Made by a program: the position numbers and the translations under genes
Shown here: positions 1 through 10,759 of the stretch, piece by piece
Numbering within the stretch: position 1 is the stretch's first letter
How the letters are laid out: every line of letters begins with the position of its first letter
Virus record (IMG/VR): IMGVR_UViG_3300008113_000108
Coordinates: 57,418 to 121,417 of that record
DNA from: a virus
Direction: 5' to 3' (one strand)
DNA length: 64,000 nt
Notes under the pieces: generated by a model
Told to the model about the DNA's origin: nothing
What the model saw: only the letters and a program-made list of their open reading frames with translations
Databases searched by the model: none

Positions 1-29
1 GGCAACTATCAGGGATTGGGTCTTTTTAC

Positions 30-58
30 TTGACAAGCGAGCCTGGGTATGCTACCAT
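30..58 (+). promoter_or_regulatory. sigma70-type early promoter
   Basis: TTGACA(30-35)-17 bp-TACCAT(53-58) with extended -10 TG. Confidence 0.7.
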
Positions 59-86
59 ACATAGAGATGTTCTCCTGGAGCTTACC

Positions 87-452
87 ATGAATATTAAGCT
101 GATTCAACTTATTAACAATGACTATATTATCTGTGAGTACGAAGAACTAGATGAAGAGCCTTCTCTTTACATGAAGAATCCTTATCGAGTTGTGGAGCTA
201 ACCTATTGGGATTACAACGAAGACGATAAGCATTTTCCTCCAGATAATGCAGTGTTTCTGCAAACAACCGAAGAAAAAAATATTAAAGATGAAAAAGAGA
301 TTGTTACAGTTCAGAGTGATTATGCTCAATTACTCAAGTATCCACTATTCACCAACGATACAGATATCCTGTTAAATTCTGATAGGATCATGACAATTGT
401 TGATCCACTTCCAGAAGTTCTAAACCTTTACGTTCAACTAATTTCTAAATGA
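87..452 (+). CDS. hypothetical protein (conserved position upstream of gp43)
   Basis: ORF; ATG at 87 follows GGAG RBS; the TTG at 30 is the -35 box. Confidence 0.75.
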   Translation: MNIKLIQLINNDYIICEYEELDEEPSLYMKNPYRVVELTYWDYNEDDKHFPPDNAVFLQTTEEKNIKDEKEIVTVQSDYAQLLKYPLFTNDTDILLNSDRIMTIVDPLPEVLNLYVQLISK

Positions 453-2941
453 GGTTTTATACCAACGTACAACTCATTCGTGATGTAGTTCACTATCGTG
501 GCTACAACAATGGAGTTCAGGAAATATTCCAGGACAAGTTTTCTCCTACTCTCTTTGTTCCATCCAAGAAGGAAAGTAAATATAAAACTCTAGATGGGGA
601 ATGCGTAAGTCCTATCAAATTTGATAAGACTAATGATGCAAAAGACTTTCTCAAGAAGTATGAGGATGTAAACAACTTTGTTGTTTATGGTTACGAGAGA
701 TTTCTGTATCAATACATTGCAGATCAGTTTCCAGAAGAGGAAATCAAGTTTGATATTTCTTCAATGAAGATCGTCTCTCTTGATATTGAGGTTGCATGTG
801 AGAACGGGTTTCCTAATGTGGAAGCTGCTGCCGAAGAAATGCTTTGTATTACAATCAAAGATATCAATACAAAGCAACTGATTGTATGGGGTGTTCGTGA
901 GTATGAGAACACTCGCTCAGATGTTGAGTATCGAGTATTCTGGACTGAGCAGGAAATGCTTCAAGACTTCCTGAATTGGTGGGTTCAGAATACTCCCGAT
1001 GTTGTGACTGGGTGGAACGTATACCTTTACGATATTCCATACATCATGCGTAGGCTAGATAAAGTTCTATCTACAAAGCATATGAAATCTATTTCTCCCT
1101 GGACTGTAGTGACCAATCGAGAAGTAGTAATCATGGGTAGACCACATATCATCTATGAGATTGCAGGTCTATCTGTTCTAGACTATCTTGATCTGTATAA
1201 AAAATTCACATATACAAACCAGGAATCATATCGTCTAGATCATATTGCATTTGTTGAGCTTGGAGAAAAGAAACTAGATCACTCCGAGTTTGAAAACTTC
1301 AAAGACTTCTATACAAAAGATTGGCAGAAGTTCATTGATTATAACATTCATGACGTAGAACTTGTTGACCGCATGGATGACAAGATGAAACTGATTGAAC
1401 TTGCAATCACCATGGCGTATGACGCAAAGGAGAACTTTGAAGATGTTTATTCTCAAGTAAAGACTTGGGACAATATCATCTTCAACTATCTAAAGCGTAA
1501 GCACATTGTAGTTCCTCCAAAAGTCAGTCAAAAGAAGGATTATGCATATGAAGGTGCATATGTAAAGGATCCTATTTTGGGTAAGCATGAGTGGGTGGTT
1601 TCATTTGACTTGAACTCACTGTATCCTCACCTCATCATGCAATACAATATCTCTCCTGAAACTCTTCTACAAGAGAGATTCCCAAGCATTAATGTAGATA
1701 AACTTCTCCATAAACAAATTGATACCAGTTCACTAGAATGTGCTACGGTATGTGCCAATGGAGCAATGTTTGATACTCATGAGCAAGGGTTCCTTCCCAA
1801 ACTGATGGAGAAGATCTATGAAGACCGAACCATCTACAAAAAGAAGATGCTTGCTGCCAAACAGCAATACGAAAAGACTCCAACGACGGAGTTGAAGAAA
1901 GAGATCGCCAGATGCAATAACATTCAGATGGCACGTAAGATTCAACTTAACTCTGCCTATGGTGCCATCGGAAATGAATACTTTAGGTATTTCCTGATCA
2001 CCAACGCAGAAGCTATTACTCTTTCTGGTCAGCTTTCAATTCGCTGGATTGAAAACAAGATGAATGCGTATCTAAATAAAATTCTCAAGACAGATAACGA
2101 AGATTATGTTGTTGCTTCAGATACTGATTCCATCTATCTCAATATGGGTCCTTTGGTCTCTCATATATTCAAGGGAAGAGAAGCGACTACTGAGAAAATT
2201 GTCAATTTCATTGATAAGATCTGTACGGTGGAACTTGAGCCTTATATTGAAAGTTCTTACCAAGAACTGGCGAACTATGTGAATGCATATTCCCAGAAGA
2301 TGAAGATGAAACGTGAGAACATTGCAGATAAAGGAATCTGGACTGCAAAGAAACGTTACATTCTCAACGTATGGGACTCTGAGGGTGTAAGATACGAGAA
2401 ACCCAAGATGAAAATCATGGGTCTTGAAACTGCACGATCCTCCACGCCATCATACTTCAGAGATAAATTGACTAAGGCATTTGAAATTATTCTGATGAAG
2501 GATAATGATGTTCTGATTGATTTCATCAATAAGGTTAAGATGGAAACTAGAAGACAAGATATTGTAGACATTTCATTCCCTCGTAGTTTGAACAATCTCA
2601 AGAAATACAAGGGATCATCTACACTGTATGCTCCAAAAACTCCAATCCAAGTCAGAGGAGCAATTCTATACAATCATCTTGTTAAAAAATTAAAGATTGC
2701 CAATAAGTATCCATATATTCAGGAAGGAGAAAAGATCAAGTTTGTATACTTGAAAACTCCTAACCCAATTCAAGAAAATGTGATATCATATTTTCAAACA
2801 CTGCCTCCAGAGTTTAATGTGCATAAGTATATTGACTTTGATATGCAGTTTTCCAAGAGCTTTCTAGAACCACTCAACTCAGTACTAAATTCTATTGGCT
2901 GGGTTTCTGAAAGACGAGGAACACTAGAAGCATTTTTGTAA
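449..2941 (+). CDS. gp43: T4-like family B DNA polymerase
   Basis: Exo motif DIEV; pol motifs SFDLNSLYP, KIQLNSAYG, SDTDS; 830 aa. Confidence 0.98.
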   Translation: MRFYTNVQLIRDVVHYRGYNNGVQEIFQDKFSPTLFVPSKKESKYKTLDGECVSPIKFDKTNDAKDFLKKYEDVNNFVVYGYERFLYQYIADQFPEEEIKFDISSMKIVSLDIEVACENGFPNVEAAAEEMLCITIKDINTKQLIVWGVREYENTRSDVEYRVFWTEQEMLQDFLNWWVQNTPDVVTGWNVYLYDIPYIMRRLDKVLSTKHMKSISPWTVVTNREVVIMGRPHIIYEIAGLSVLDYLDLYKKFTYTNQESYRLDHIAFVELGEKKLDHSEFENFKDFYTKDWQKFIDYNIHDVELVDRMDDKMKLIELAITMAYDAKENFEDVYSQVKTWDNIIFNYLKRKHIVVPPKVSQKKDYAYEGAYVKDPILGKHEWVVSFDLNSLYPHLIMQYNISPETLLQERFPSINVDKLLHKQIDTSSLECATVCANGAMFDTHEQGFLPKLMEKIYEDRTIYKKKMLAAKQQYEKTPTTELKKEIARCNNIQMARKIQLNSAYGAIGNEYFRYFLITNAEAITLSGQLSIRWIENKMNAYLNKILKTDNEDYVVASDTDSIYLNMGPLVSHIFKGREATTEKIVNFIDKICTVELEPYIESSYQELANYVNAYSQKMKMKRENIADKGIWTAKKRYILNVWDSEGVRYEKPKMKIMGLETARSSTPSYFRDKLTKAFEIILMKDNDVLIDFINKVKMETRRQDIVDISFPRSLNNLKKYKGSSTLYAPKTPIQVRGAILYNHLVKKLKIANKYPYIQEGEKIKFVYLKTPNPIQENVISYFQTLPPEFNVHKYIDFDMQFSKSFLEPLNSVLNSIGWVSERRGTLEAFL

Positions 2942-2961
2942 ATTATTATTAGGAGTTAATC

Positions 2962-4002
2962 ATGAGTTTCTTAAATAGTGTTATCAAAGAGTTAGATAAC
3001 GAGTATGCAGGAATCGTCGAAGATGGAGTCGCCGCAGGAGATTGTGGGGGCTTTGTTGACACTGGGAGTTATATCTTTAATGCTCTCCTTAGTGGCAGTA
3101 TTTTTGGGGGGCTACCTAACAACAAGATTACAGCTCTCGCTGGTGAGTCATCTACTGGAAAAACTTTCTTTGCTCTCTCAATCGTTAAATTCTTCCTTCA
3201 ACAGAATCCTGATGGAGAAGTAATTTACTTTGAAACTGAGTCTGCAATTACCAAGGATATGATGACCAGTCGTGGTATTGATGCCAAACGAGTTGGTCTA
3301 GTTCCAGTATCTACAGTTCAGGAGTTTCGTACTCAATCAATCAAGGTTGTGGATGAGTACATGAAGCTAGCCAAGGGGGATCGTCCACCCCTGATGTTTG
3401 TGCTAGACTCTCTGGGAATGCTTGCGACCACCAAGGAGATCGAGGATGCCTCTGCAGGCAAGGAAACCAGGGATATGACACGTTCACAGGTTATTAAGTC
3501 TGTGTTCCGAATTCTTTCTCTCAAGCTAGGTACTGCTGGCATTCCTATGATTGTCACTAACCATACCTATGATGTTATTGGATCATACATGCCAACCAAA
3601 GAAATGGGTGGTGGCTCTGGTCTGAAGTATGCTGCTTCCACAATCATCTATCTGTCAAAATCAAAAGAGAAGGATGGAACCGAAGTTGTAGGTAACATCA
3701 TCAAGTGCAAAGCATTCAAGTCTAGGTTTACAAAAGAAAATTCTCTAATTGAAACGAGGTTGTTTTATGATGAACGTGGACTTGACAAGTACTATGGACT
3801 ACTGGAGCTGGGTGAGAAGTACGGAATTTTCACTAAGTCAGGTGGGCGTTATGAAATTGCTGGTGGCAAGTATTATGCTAAGGCTATTCTTTCGGAGCCT
3901 GATAAATTCTTTACGCCAGAAGTGATGCAGGCACTTGACGAATGTGCCAAAAAGGAGTATAGTTACGGAGCGGTAGAGACCTTTGATGGAGAAGATGATT
4001 GA
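2962..4002 (+). CDS. uvsX: RecA-like recombinase UvsX
   Basis: Walker [21 protein letters not shown]; between gp43 and gp41. Confidence 0.96.
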   Translation: MSFLNSVIKELDNEYAGIVEDGVAAGDCGGFVDTGSYIFNALLSGSIFGGLPNNKITALAGESSTGKTFFALSIVKFFLQQNPDGEVIYFETESAITKDMMTSRGIDAKRVGLVPVSTVQEFRTQSIKVVDEYMKLAKGDRPPLMFVLDSLGMLATTKEIEDASAGKETRDMTRSQVIKSVFRILSLKLGTAGIPMIVTNHTYDVIGSYMPTKEMGGGSGLKYAASTIIYLSKSKEKDGTEVVGNIIKCKAFKSRFTKENSLIETRLFYDERGLDKYYGLLELGEKYGIFTKSGGRYEIAGGKYYAKAILSEPDKFFTPEVMQALDECAKKEYSYGAVETFDGEDD

Positions 4003-5381
4003 TGGATAGAATTGAATCCAAGATTCTTTCAAACTTAATTTATGATGAACGGTACACCAGAAAAGTAATTCCATTTATTAAGGACACTTACTTTGAACTT
4101 CTATCTGAAAAAATTGTATTTCAGGAAATTCACAACTATGTGATGAAGTATGATGATATTCCTTCCAAGTCTGTTCTCAAAATCGAGATCGAGAATCGGA
4201 AGGATATCTCAGATGACATTTTTCAGACTTCAGTTAATCTAGTCAATGATCTCAAAGAAGAAAAATTTGATGATCAGTGGCTACTAGACACTACTGAAAA
4301 ATGGTGCAAAGATAGAGCCATTTATTTGGCTCTATTAGAATCAGTTAAAATTGCAGATGGAAAGGATAAGACTAGGAGCAAAGATTCCATTCCGTCTATT
4401 CTTTCCGATGCACTATCAGTTTCATTTGATGAACACGTTGGTCACGACTACATTTCAGACTCAGAATCCAGATATGATTTTTATCACAAAAAAGAAGACA
4501 AAATCCCATTCGACATTGAACTCCTCAACAAAATTACAAAAGGTGGTATCCCTAATAAGACTCTCAACGTCGCTCTTGCTGGTACGGGTGTCGGGAAAAG
4601 TTTATTCATGTGCCACATGGCTAGCTCCGTGCTCTTGCAGGGGCGCAATGTTCTCTACATTACACTTGAAATGGCAGAAGAACGCATTGCTGAACGAATT
4701 GATGCGAACCTCTTGAATGTAAATATTCAGGATATTATAGATCTCCCCAAATCAACTTACGAATCTAAAGTTAACAAACTAGCAGAGAAGACCAGAGGCA
4801 AGTTGATTATCAAAGAATATCCAACTGCATCTGCTCATGTTGGACATTTCAAATCTCTTCTAACTGATCTCGCATTAAAGAAAGGATTTAAGCCAGATAT
4901 CATCTTCATTGATTATCTAAATATCTGTGCATCTTCTCGATACAAAGGAACACTGGTAAACTCTTACACATATGTAAAAGCTATTGCCGAAGAGTTACGT
5001 GGTCTTGCTGTAGAGTGCAATGTTCCAATTGTATCTGCAACACAAACAACTCGTCAAGGTTATGGCAACACTGATGTAGAGCTTACTGATACTTCCGAAT
5101 CCTTTGGTCTTCCTGCTACTGCTGACTTCATGTTTGCTCTTATTAGCACAGAAGAACTTGAAGCTCTAAATCAAATCATGATCAAGCAGTTAAAAAATCG
5201 TTATAACGACCCAACCTCATACAAGAGATTCGTCGTGGGTATTGACAGAGCCAAGATGAAGCTGTATAATGTAGAGGACAGTGCTCAGAAAAATCTGACT
5301 GATTCTGGTCAGAAAGATGATGAGTACGATGAAAAACTATCCAAAAAACAAACTAGATCATTTGAAGGTTTTAAAGTATGA
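3999..5381 (+). CDS. gp41: replicative DnaB-like helicase
   Basis: [31 protein letters not shown]. Confidence 0.97.
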   Translation: MMDRIESKILSNLIYDERYTRKVIPFIKDTYFELLSEKIVFQEIHNYVMKYDDIPSKSVLKIEIENRKDISDDIFQTSVNLVNDLKEEKFDDQWLLDTTEKWCKDRAIYLALLESVKIADGKDKTRSKDSIPSILSDALSVSFDEHVGHDYISDSESRYDFYHKKEDKIPFDIELLNKITKGGIPNKTLNVALAGTGVGKSLFMCHMASSVLLQGRNVLYITLEMAEERIAERIDANLLNVNIQDIIDLPKSTYESKVNKLAEKTRGKLIIKEYPTASAHVGHFKSLLTDLALKKGFKPDIIFIDYLNICASSRYKGTLVNSYTYVKAIAEELRGLAVECNVPIVSATQTTRQGYGNTDVELTDTSESFGLPATADFMFALISTEELEALNQIMIKQLKNRYNDPTSYKRFVVGIDRAKMKLYNVEDSAQKNLTDSGQKDDEYDEKLSKKQTRSFEGFKV

Positions 5382-5818
5382 CAAAAAAGCTAATTAGTCT
5401 CAACGCATATCAAGATTTCGTTGGCGATACTACTAGTCTGGCTTCCAGTAATCCAGAAGAATTTGTAAATCGTATCAAAGAAGTTGAGCGGAAAAATCCA
5501 GAGGACAACGTAAATGCTGCTGGTGTTGATCTAAACCGACTTCTGACTGCTGCTATTGGTCTTACTGCTGAGGGTGGTGAGTTTGCTGAAGTTGTTAAAA
5601 AGATTGCTTTCCAGGGCAAACCTTACAATGAACAGTCACGAATTCACATGATCAAAGAGCTTGGTGATGTGATGTGGTATATTGCACAGGGTTGTATTGC
5701 TCTTGGAACTGACATCGAAGAAGTCCTAGAGACCAACGTAGAGAAGCTAACTGCTCGTTATCCTGAAGGAGTATTCCGAGTATTCCATTCTGAAAACCGT
5801 AAAGAAGGAGATATCTGA
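5378..5818 (+). CDS. mazG: MazG-like nucleotide pyrophosphohydrolase
   Basis: GLTAEGGEFAEVVKK...KELGDVMWY; usual cyanophage position after gp41. Confidence 0.92.
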   Translation: MTKKLISLNAYQDFVGDTTSLASSNPEEFVNRIKEVERKNPEDNVNAAGVDLNRLLTAAIGLTAEGGEFAEVVKKIAFQGKPYNEQSRIHMIKELGDVMWYIAQGCIALGTDIEEVLETNVEKLTARYPEGVFRVFHSENRKEGDI

Positions 5819-6237
5819 TGAACGTGAATGACTGCCTAAGTGATCTCTTTGGGAAAAATTCTACGATGATTTTGTCCGATATTGATAAGATTAGATCTCT
5901 AGGACAGTCATTTAACTTCACAGTTTCTGAACACAAAAAGTTTACAATTGCACTTAGGAATGCTGAAATGTCATTGCGAAAGAATTCAGCATTCCTAAAT
6001 TTTATTTCTAAAAATCAAAACTTTTATTTGTTTGTTGTATTTAAACAATTCATACAAACTGGAAATAAGTTAGATACCTTTGAAGAGTATTACACTAAAT
6101 TTGGCACACGATACAAAAACAAAATTTCTACCTACGGATTGCAATTCTTCAAACTATATAAACAAAGTTTTGAAGAACTTTATAAAATAGCAAATTATTT
6201 GCACACTGCAAAATCTATTGTGACAGTTAGAATTTGA
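5818..6237 (+). CDS. hypothetical protein
   Basis: 139-aa ORF coupled to mazG stop (TGATG). Confidence 0.6.
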   Translation: MNVNDCLSDLFGKNSTMILSDIDKIRSLGQSFNFTVSEHKKFTIALRNAEMSLRKNSAFLNFISKNQNFYLFVVFKQFIQTGNKLDTFEEYYTKFGTRYKNKISTYGLQFFKLYKQSFEELYKIANYLHTAKSIVTVRI

Positions 6238-6269
6238 CCTAAATAATAAATGTAGAACTTTTGTTTTTG

Positions 6270-7454
6270 ATGAAGACATTTACACAATTTATAACAGAAG
6301 CAAGAACTCCCGCAGGAAAGGAAGCGGAGAAGAAAGGTCTTGTCCATATGGGCAAGGGTTACTATTCAAATGCCAAGGGAGAGATTGTAGCTAAGAGTGA
6401 GCAGGGCGGACAGAAGTTAGTTTCTATTTCAAAAGACGAGAAACAAAAATTAAAGAATGGTCAACCTTTAATGGGACCATCTTCAATGGCAGATGTTCAA
6501 AATGCACCTGCTCCACAACAACAATCGCAACCACAAGATGCAACCGCAGAGCCTGATCAGCTAGAGCATGGTCAAGGTCCTGCGGTTGTTATTACTTTTG
6601 GAAGATTTAATCCTCCTTCACTTGGACACGAACAATTAATCAGTGCAGTTCAAGAGCAAGCTGAAGAACTAGAAGCTGAATATAGAATATATCCAAGCCG
6701 CACATCAGATAAAAAGCAAAATCCTTTAGACTTCAAAACCAAATATAATATTCTCCAGCATGTATTTCCAGATCATGCAGAAAATATTATGAATGATCCT
6801 GAGAATGGAGATAACATTTACGATATTCTAACCTCACTTCATGACGAAGGATATCATCATGTTATCATTGTGTGCGGTGATGAGAATGTTCAAAAGTACG
6901 AGAAGATTGCTCAAAAGTACAATGGAACTGTTTATGACTTCTATGGAGTAGAAGTTGTCAGTGCAAACATGCAGGATCCTGACACAGATAAGTCAGAAGG
7001 AATCACAAGTTCAATGATGCGTAAAGCAGCACTTGAGAACGATTATGAAACTTTCAAGCAAGGGCTTCCTGGAAATGTCAGCAAAAAAGAGTGCCGTGCA
7101 ATTTACATGCAGGTAAGAAAATCATTAAACTTGAAAGAAGAACTTTGGAAAATTTCTCCAAGTTTAGATGCCGAGAATCTTCGTGAAGAATATTATCAGG
7201 GTAACATCTTTAAACTTGGAGAAAGAGTAATAGATTCCGTGACTGGTATTGATGGAAAGATTGTTACCAGAGGATCTAATTATGTAATCTTTGTCGATGA
7301 GCAAAAGAAGATTCATAGAACTTGGATTAAAGATTTAAGTTATCATCCAGGACCATTGGAAATTGGTACGGATGATTATCGAGAGTATCTTCAGAGAATG
7401 CATCCAACAGAACCTGTAAAGTCATTTACTAGAGGCAAACGAAAAGATAAATAA
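6270..7454 (+). CDS. cytidylyltransferase-like (HxGH family) nucleotidyltransferase with T4 internal-protein-like N-terminus
   Basis: ITFGRFNPPSLGH motif, SSSMMRKAA; N-term MKTFTQFITEA; late promoter TAAATA at ~6240. Confidence 0.85.
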   Translation: MKTFTQFITEARTPAGKEAEKKGLVHMGKGYYSNAKGEIVAKSEQGGQKLVSISKDEKQKLKNGQPLMGPSSMADVQNAPAPQQQSQPQDATAEPDQLEHGQGPAVVITFGRFNPPSLGHEQLISAVQEQAEELEAEYRIYPSRTSDKKQNPLDFKTKYNILQHVFPDHAENIMNDPENGDNIYDILTSLHDEGYHHVIIVCGDENVQKYEKIAQKYNGTVYDFYGVEVVSANMQDPDTDKSEGITSSMMRKAALENDYETFKQGLPGNVSKKECRAIYMQVRKSLNLKEELWKISPSLDAENLREEYYQGNIFKLGERVIDSVTGIDGKIVTRGSNYVIFVDEQKKIHRTWIKDLSYHPGPLEIGTDDYREYLQRMHPTEPVKSFTRGKRKDK

Positions 7455-7486
7455 TAATAAATAAGAACTCAATTTAAGTGCAGAAT

Positions 7487-10351
7487 ATGGATTTATCTAT
7501 TGTCTCAAAATTCATGTCTCTCACCCCAGACATGATGTACAAGGCTACAAAAATGGTAGAATCTGCTCAGGCATATTTTCCAGGTGATGTGGACTCTCAA
7601 GAGCAGTATTTGCAAGAGAACTTAATTGACCAAACTCTTGAATACGCTCTAACTCTTCTAGAGGATAAGAAGATTAGAGATTACATGGGAGTTGCGGTAT
7701 ATACCAACGGAACCACATTTAGTGCTCCAACTCTAGCTCTTTACAATGTTGCTTCAATGCCAGAAATGAAGCAACGAATCCAAGCAAAGCTAAATGCTAA
7801 GAGTAATGTTCGTAAAGAAGAAACTGAATTAGTTCAAGAGAAGAAAAGACCTAAACTAAAAGGTCGCAAGTTCAATGGCAAGAATCCTTGGTGGAATTCT
7901 GATGGCGACGACAAACCATATGAGCCAGGTGATGACGTAAAAAAAACTAGAAAAGAAGCAGTAGATTATGTTGCTGAACTTTGGAAAGGTAGACACGGAC
8001 AGTCAGAGAAAGAGTATCAAGATAATAGATCTGATGCTGGCAAGAGAATCTCTGGAGACTCTCAAACTGGACCAAACTATTACACCAAGGGTCGTGCTCG
8101 TGGAGCTAAACCAGATGCGCCAACAGCACCTGGAGCAAAACCAGTAAATACTCCAAAGCTTAGCTCAAGCGAGAAAGAATATCATCAATACAATAAGAGT
8201 GGTGCAAAAAATAGAGCACAATATAATAAAGTTGGTGGTTCCAAAGGTCTTCCTGAGGAAGTAAATCTAGTCAATGAAGAGGATCCATGTTGGAAAGGAT
8301 ACACTCAAGTTGGAATGAAAAAGAAGGGTGGTCGTGAAGTTCCAAATTGTGTTCCTTCAAAAGGAGTTCCAAAAGCAAAAGGATATAAAGCTGAAGAAAC
8401 TTCAGTAGAAAAAATTGATAGAATTTCTAGAGAAAAGGTAGCTCAAAGAGCTGCCGCCGCAAAGGCAGATAGAGAAAAGAGAGCACAATCTGCATCACAA
8501 TTCCAGGCACATAAAAAGGAAGTTCTTGCAAAAGGTGGTCGCCCAGTAGATGCTCTTGATTCCTGGCAAAGGAAAAAGATGGCTGCTGCAAAAACAAATG
8601 AAGAACTTGCAGAATTTGCTGCAGATTATTTCATTGCAGAGGGTCTCAATGAGTATGGTATTGATATTCTAATTGAAGATCTAGGCATTGATGCTTTCTG
8701 TGATTATATTGAAGTTCTTGCAGAAGAAGAGGAAGTTCTTCTAGAGTGGAGAAGAGGTGCAGGCGGAACTAAAGTTCGTGGATCTGGAACTTCAAAATCT
8801 GGTAAGTCAATTGGTTCATTAAAAGGTGGTGCTAAGGCATCTGCTATTCGTGGAACTGCAGAGCATAAGGCAAGAAAAGCAGAAAAGGCAAAGGAATCAA
8901 GTAAGTCATCTGGAATGGCTGCAGCACTGAAGAGTCAATCTAAAGTTGCTAATGCCAAGAAATCACAGCCAGCAACAAAATCAACACCCACACAAACAAA
9001 AGAAAAATCAAAAGGTGGAATTCTCGGTGCTCTCAGAGCTAGAGCAGAAAGAGATACTGCACTTCTGAAAAAATCAGTAGATACAGCTAGAAAAGTAGGA
9101 GCTAGACGTGCAGCGGAAGTTAAAGCAACTTATGATGCAGTTAGAGAAAGGGGTAAAAAGGCTGAACAATCTGCATCAGCAACTAGAGCAAGAAGAAAAG
9201 CAACTGTCGCAGCAGGTAGAGCGGCTCAGGCTGCAGGTAGAACTGCAGTCAAAGCTGCAGGAGCTGCAGGAGCAGCTGCGGGATCAGCAGTAGCAGCTAA
9301 AAAGGCTGGCAAGTCAAACGCTGCTGCAGCAGGCAGAGCTGCTGGAACCTTTGTCAAGAAAATGACCAAGGAAGAAAAGGAACTACTCACACATTATTTC
9401 ATTGAATCTGAAATTGCATTTAACTATGATGAAGTTCAAGAGATCTTTGAATCACTTGATCAGGAGCACTTTGACTACTACATCGAAAAAGCGATGATGA
9501 TGGTAGAAGAATCTGAGCCATCAGCTCTAGAAATCATTCAAGAAAAACTAGGCACAGTATTCGGAGCCTCAGATTTTAACTTCTCAGATTGGAGACATCT
9601 AACCGAGAAGACTTCTGATGACGATTCTACTGGAAAATTTGTAAGACTAACACAAAACAATAGAACTGATAATACTCCAGATGTAAAGGGCAAAAGAAAG
9701 GATGGTGTAATTATCAATCCTCAAGTTGATATGAGAAGAGAAGAAGTTGAGCCAATTGAAGAGAAAGCTCCTCCAGGTGCTAAGTATGAGAGAATGGTTA
9801 AGCATATCAAGAAAGGTTATTCTGAAGGTGGGCTAACCAAAAAAGAAAAGAGCATTGCTTATGCTACTGCATGGAAAGCAAAAAACAAACAGCAGCAAGA
9901 GCAAGCTGATCCACAAGCTGCAAAAACAGCAGCTAAGAATCAGCAACAAATGAAGGCTCAAGATCAAATGAGAAGAAAGCAGCTAATGCTTCAGCAGCAA
10001 AGACTTCAAATGCAAAAGCAAGGAAAACTTCCAACAGGTCATACCATGGAAGAAGTCGAGCACGTAGATGAAGCAACTAGATACTCAAAGGAAACAGGTA
10101 AGAGCTTTAGAACTGGTAAGCCAGTTGTAAAAGGTGGAAGTGCTAAGAATGACAAAGCATTTCAAATGATTTCCAAAATGATGGGATCTAGCAGAGCTGG
10201 CACTCAACCAAGAGGACAGAAAAAAGAGCCAGGTAAAAAGCCACCAGAAGCAGGTAAGTATGGCGGTCCTCAATCTCCAGCACAAAAAGTAGCTGCTCGC
10301 CGTGCTGCTGCTCAGAGAGCAAAAGACATGATGCATTCAAGATTCGACTAA
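7487..10351 (+). CDS. large Lys/Ala-rich modular protein, probable virion head-associated protein
   Basis: 954-aa ORF; basic modules separated by acidic xxE/EE linkers; TAAATA upstream. Confidence 0.8.
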   Translation: MDLSIVSKFMSLTPDMMYKATKMVESAQAYFPGDVDSQEQYLQENLIDQTLEYALTLLEDKKIRDYMGVAVYTNGTTFSAPTLALYNVASMPEMKQRIQAKLNAKSNVRKEETELVQEKKRPKLKGRKFNGKNPWWNSDGDDKPYEPGDDVKKTRKEAVDYVAELWKGRHGQSEKEYQDNRSDAGKRISGDSQTGPNYYTKGRARGAKPDAPTAPGAKPVNTPKLSSSEKEYHQYNKSGAKNRAQYNKVGGSKGLPEEVNLVNEEDPCWKGYTQVGMKKKGGREVPNCVPSKGVPKAKGYKAEETSVEKIDRISREKVAQRAAAAKADREKRAQSASQFQAHKKEVLAKGGRPVDALDSWQRKKMAAAKTNEELAEFAADYFIAEGLNEYGIDILIEDLGIDAFCDYIEVLAEEEEVLLEWRRGAGGTKVRGSGTSKSGKSIGSLKGGAKASAIRGTAEHKARKAEKAKESSKSSGMAAALKSQSKVANAKKSQPATKSTPTQTKEKSKGGILGALRARAERDTALLKKSVDTARKVGARRAAEVKATYDAVRERGKKAEQSASATRARRKATVAAGRAAQAAGRTAVKAAGAAGAAAGSAVAAKKAGKSNAAAAGRAAGTFVKKMTKEEKELLTHYFIESEIAFNYDEVQEIFESLDQEHFDYYIEKAMMMVEESEPSALEIIQEKLGTVFGASDFNFSDWRHLTEKTSDDDSTGKFVRLTQNNRTDNTPDVKGKRKDGVIINPQVDMRREEVEPIEEKAPPGAKYERMVKHIKKGYSEGGLTKKEKSIAYATAWKAKNKQQQEQADPQAAKTAAKNQQQMKAQDQMRRKQLMLQQQRLQMQKQGKLPTGHTMEEVEHVDEATRYSKETGKSFRTGKPVVKGGSAKNDKAFQMISKMMGSSRAGTQPRGQKKEPGKKPPEAGKYGGPQSPAQKVAARRAAAQRAKDMMHSRFD

Positions 10352-10385
10352 AATAAATAGAAGTGAATCCTTTCTGGAGAAAATC

Positions 10386-10559
10386 ATGGGAGCATTAGTA
10401 GAAGTAGTAAAGCCACTACTACTTGCAGCAATGAATAGCTGCCACACTAAAAAACTAGTATGTGAACTACTTGATCGCTATGTAAACACCACTGATAATG
10501 ATATTGATAATGTACTAGCAGCAACAGTAAGAACTGCACTTCTAAAGAATTGTAAGTGA
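10386..10559 (+). CDS. small hypothetical protein (57 aa, MGALVEVVKP...)
   Basis: GGAG RBS, TAAATA upstream, read by hand. Confidence 0.7.
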   Translation: MGALVEVVKPLLLAAMNSCHTKKLVCELLDRYVNTTDNDIDNVLAATVRTALLKNCK

Positions 10560-10708
10560 TTGAATGTTTGCTGGTAAACTGGGGAGTGAGTCTAGTATTA
10601 GCTTTGCTCCTCAGCTTCTCTGAGTACCTTGGCAAGACAAAGAGATTTAAAGAAAATAGTATAATAGATTTTAGTAAAAACACTATAAGACGTATGCTGG
10701 GGAGGTAA
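10556..10708 (+). CDS. small membrane protein (50 aa)
   Basis: GTG overlapping previous TGA; hydrophobic N-term then SEYLGKTKRFKENSI. Confidence 0.55.
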   Translation: MIECLLVNWGVSLVLALLLSFSEYLGKTKRFKENSIIDFSKNTIRRMLGR

Positions 10709-10721
10709 CTCCCCATTTTTT
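10698..10721 (+). terminator. rho-independent terminator
   Basis: TGGGGAG-GTAA-CTCCCCA followed by T run. Confidence 0.8.
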
Positions 10722-10759
10722 ATAAATATTAATAGAATAAAAATTCAAGAGGGGTTTAA

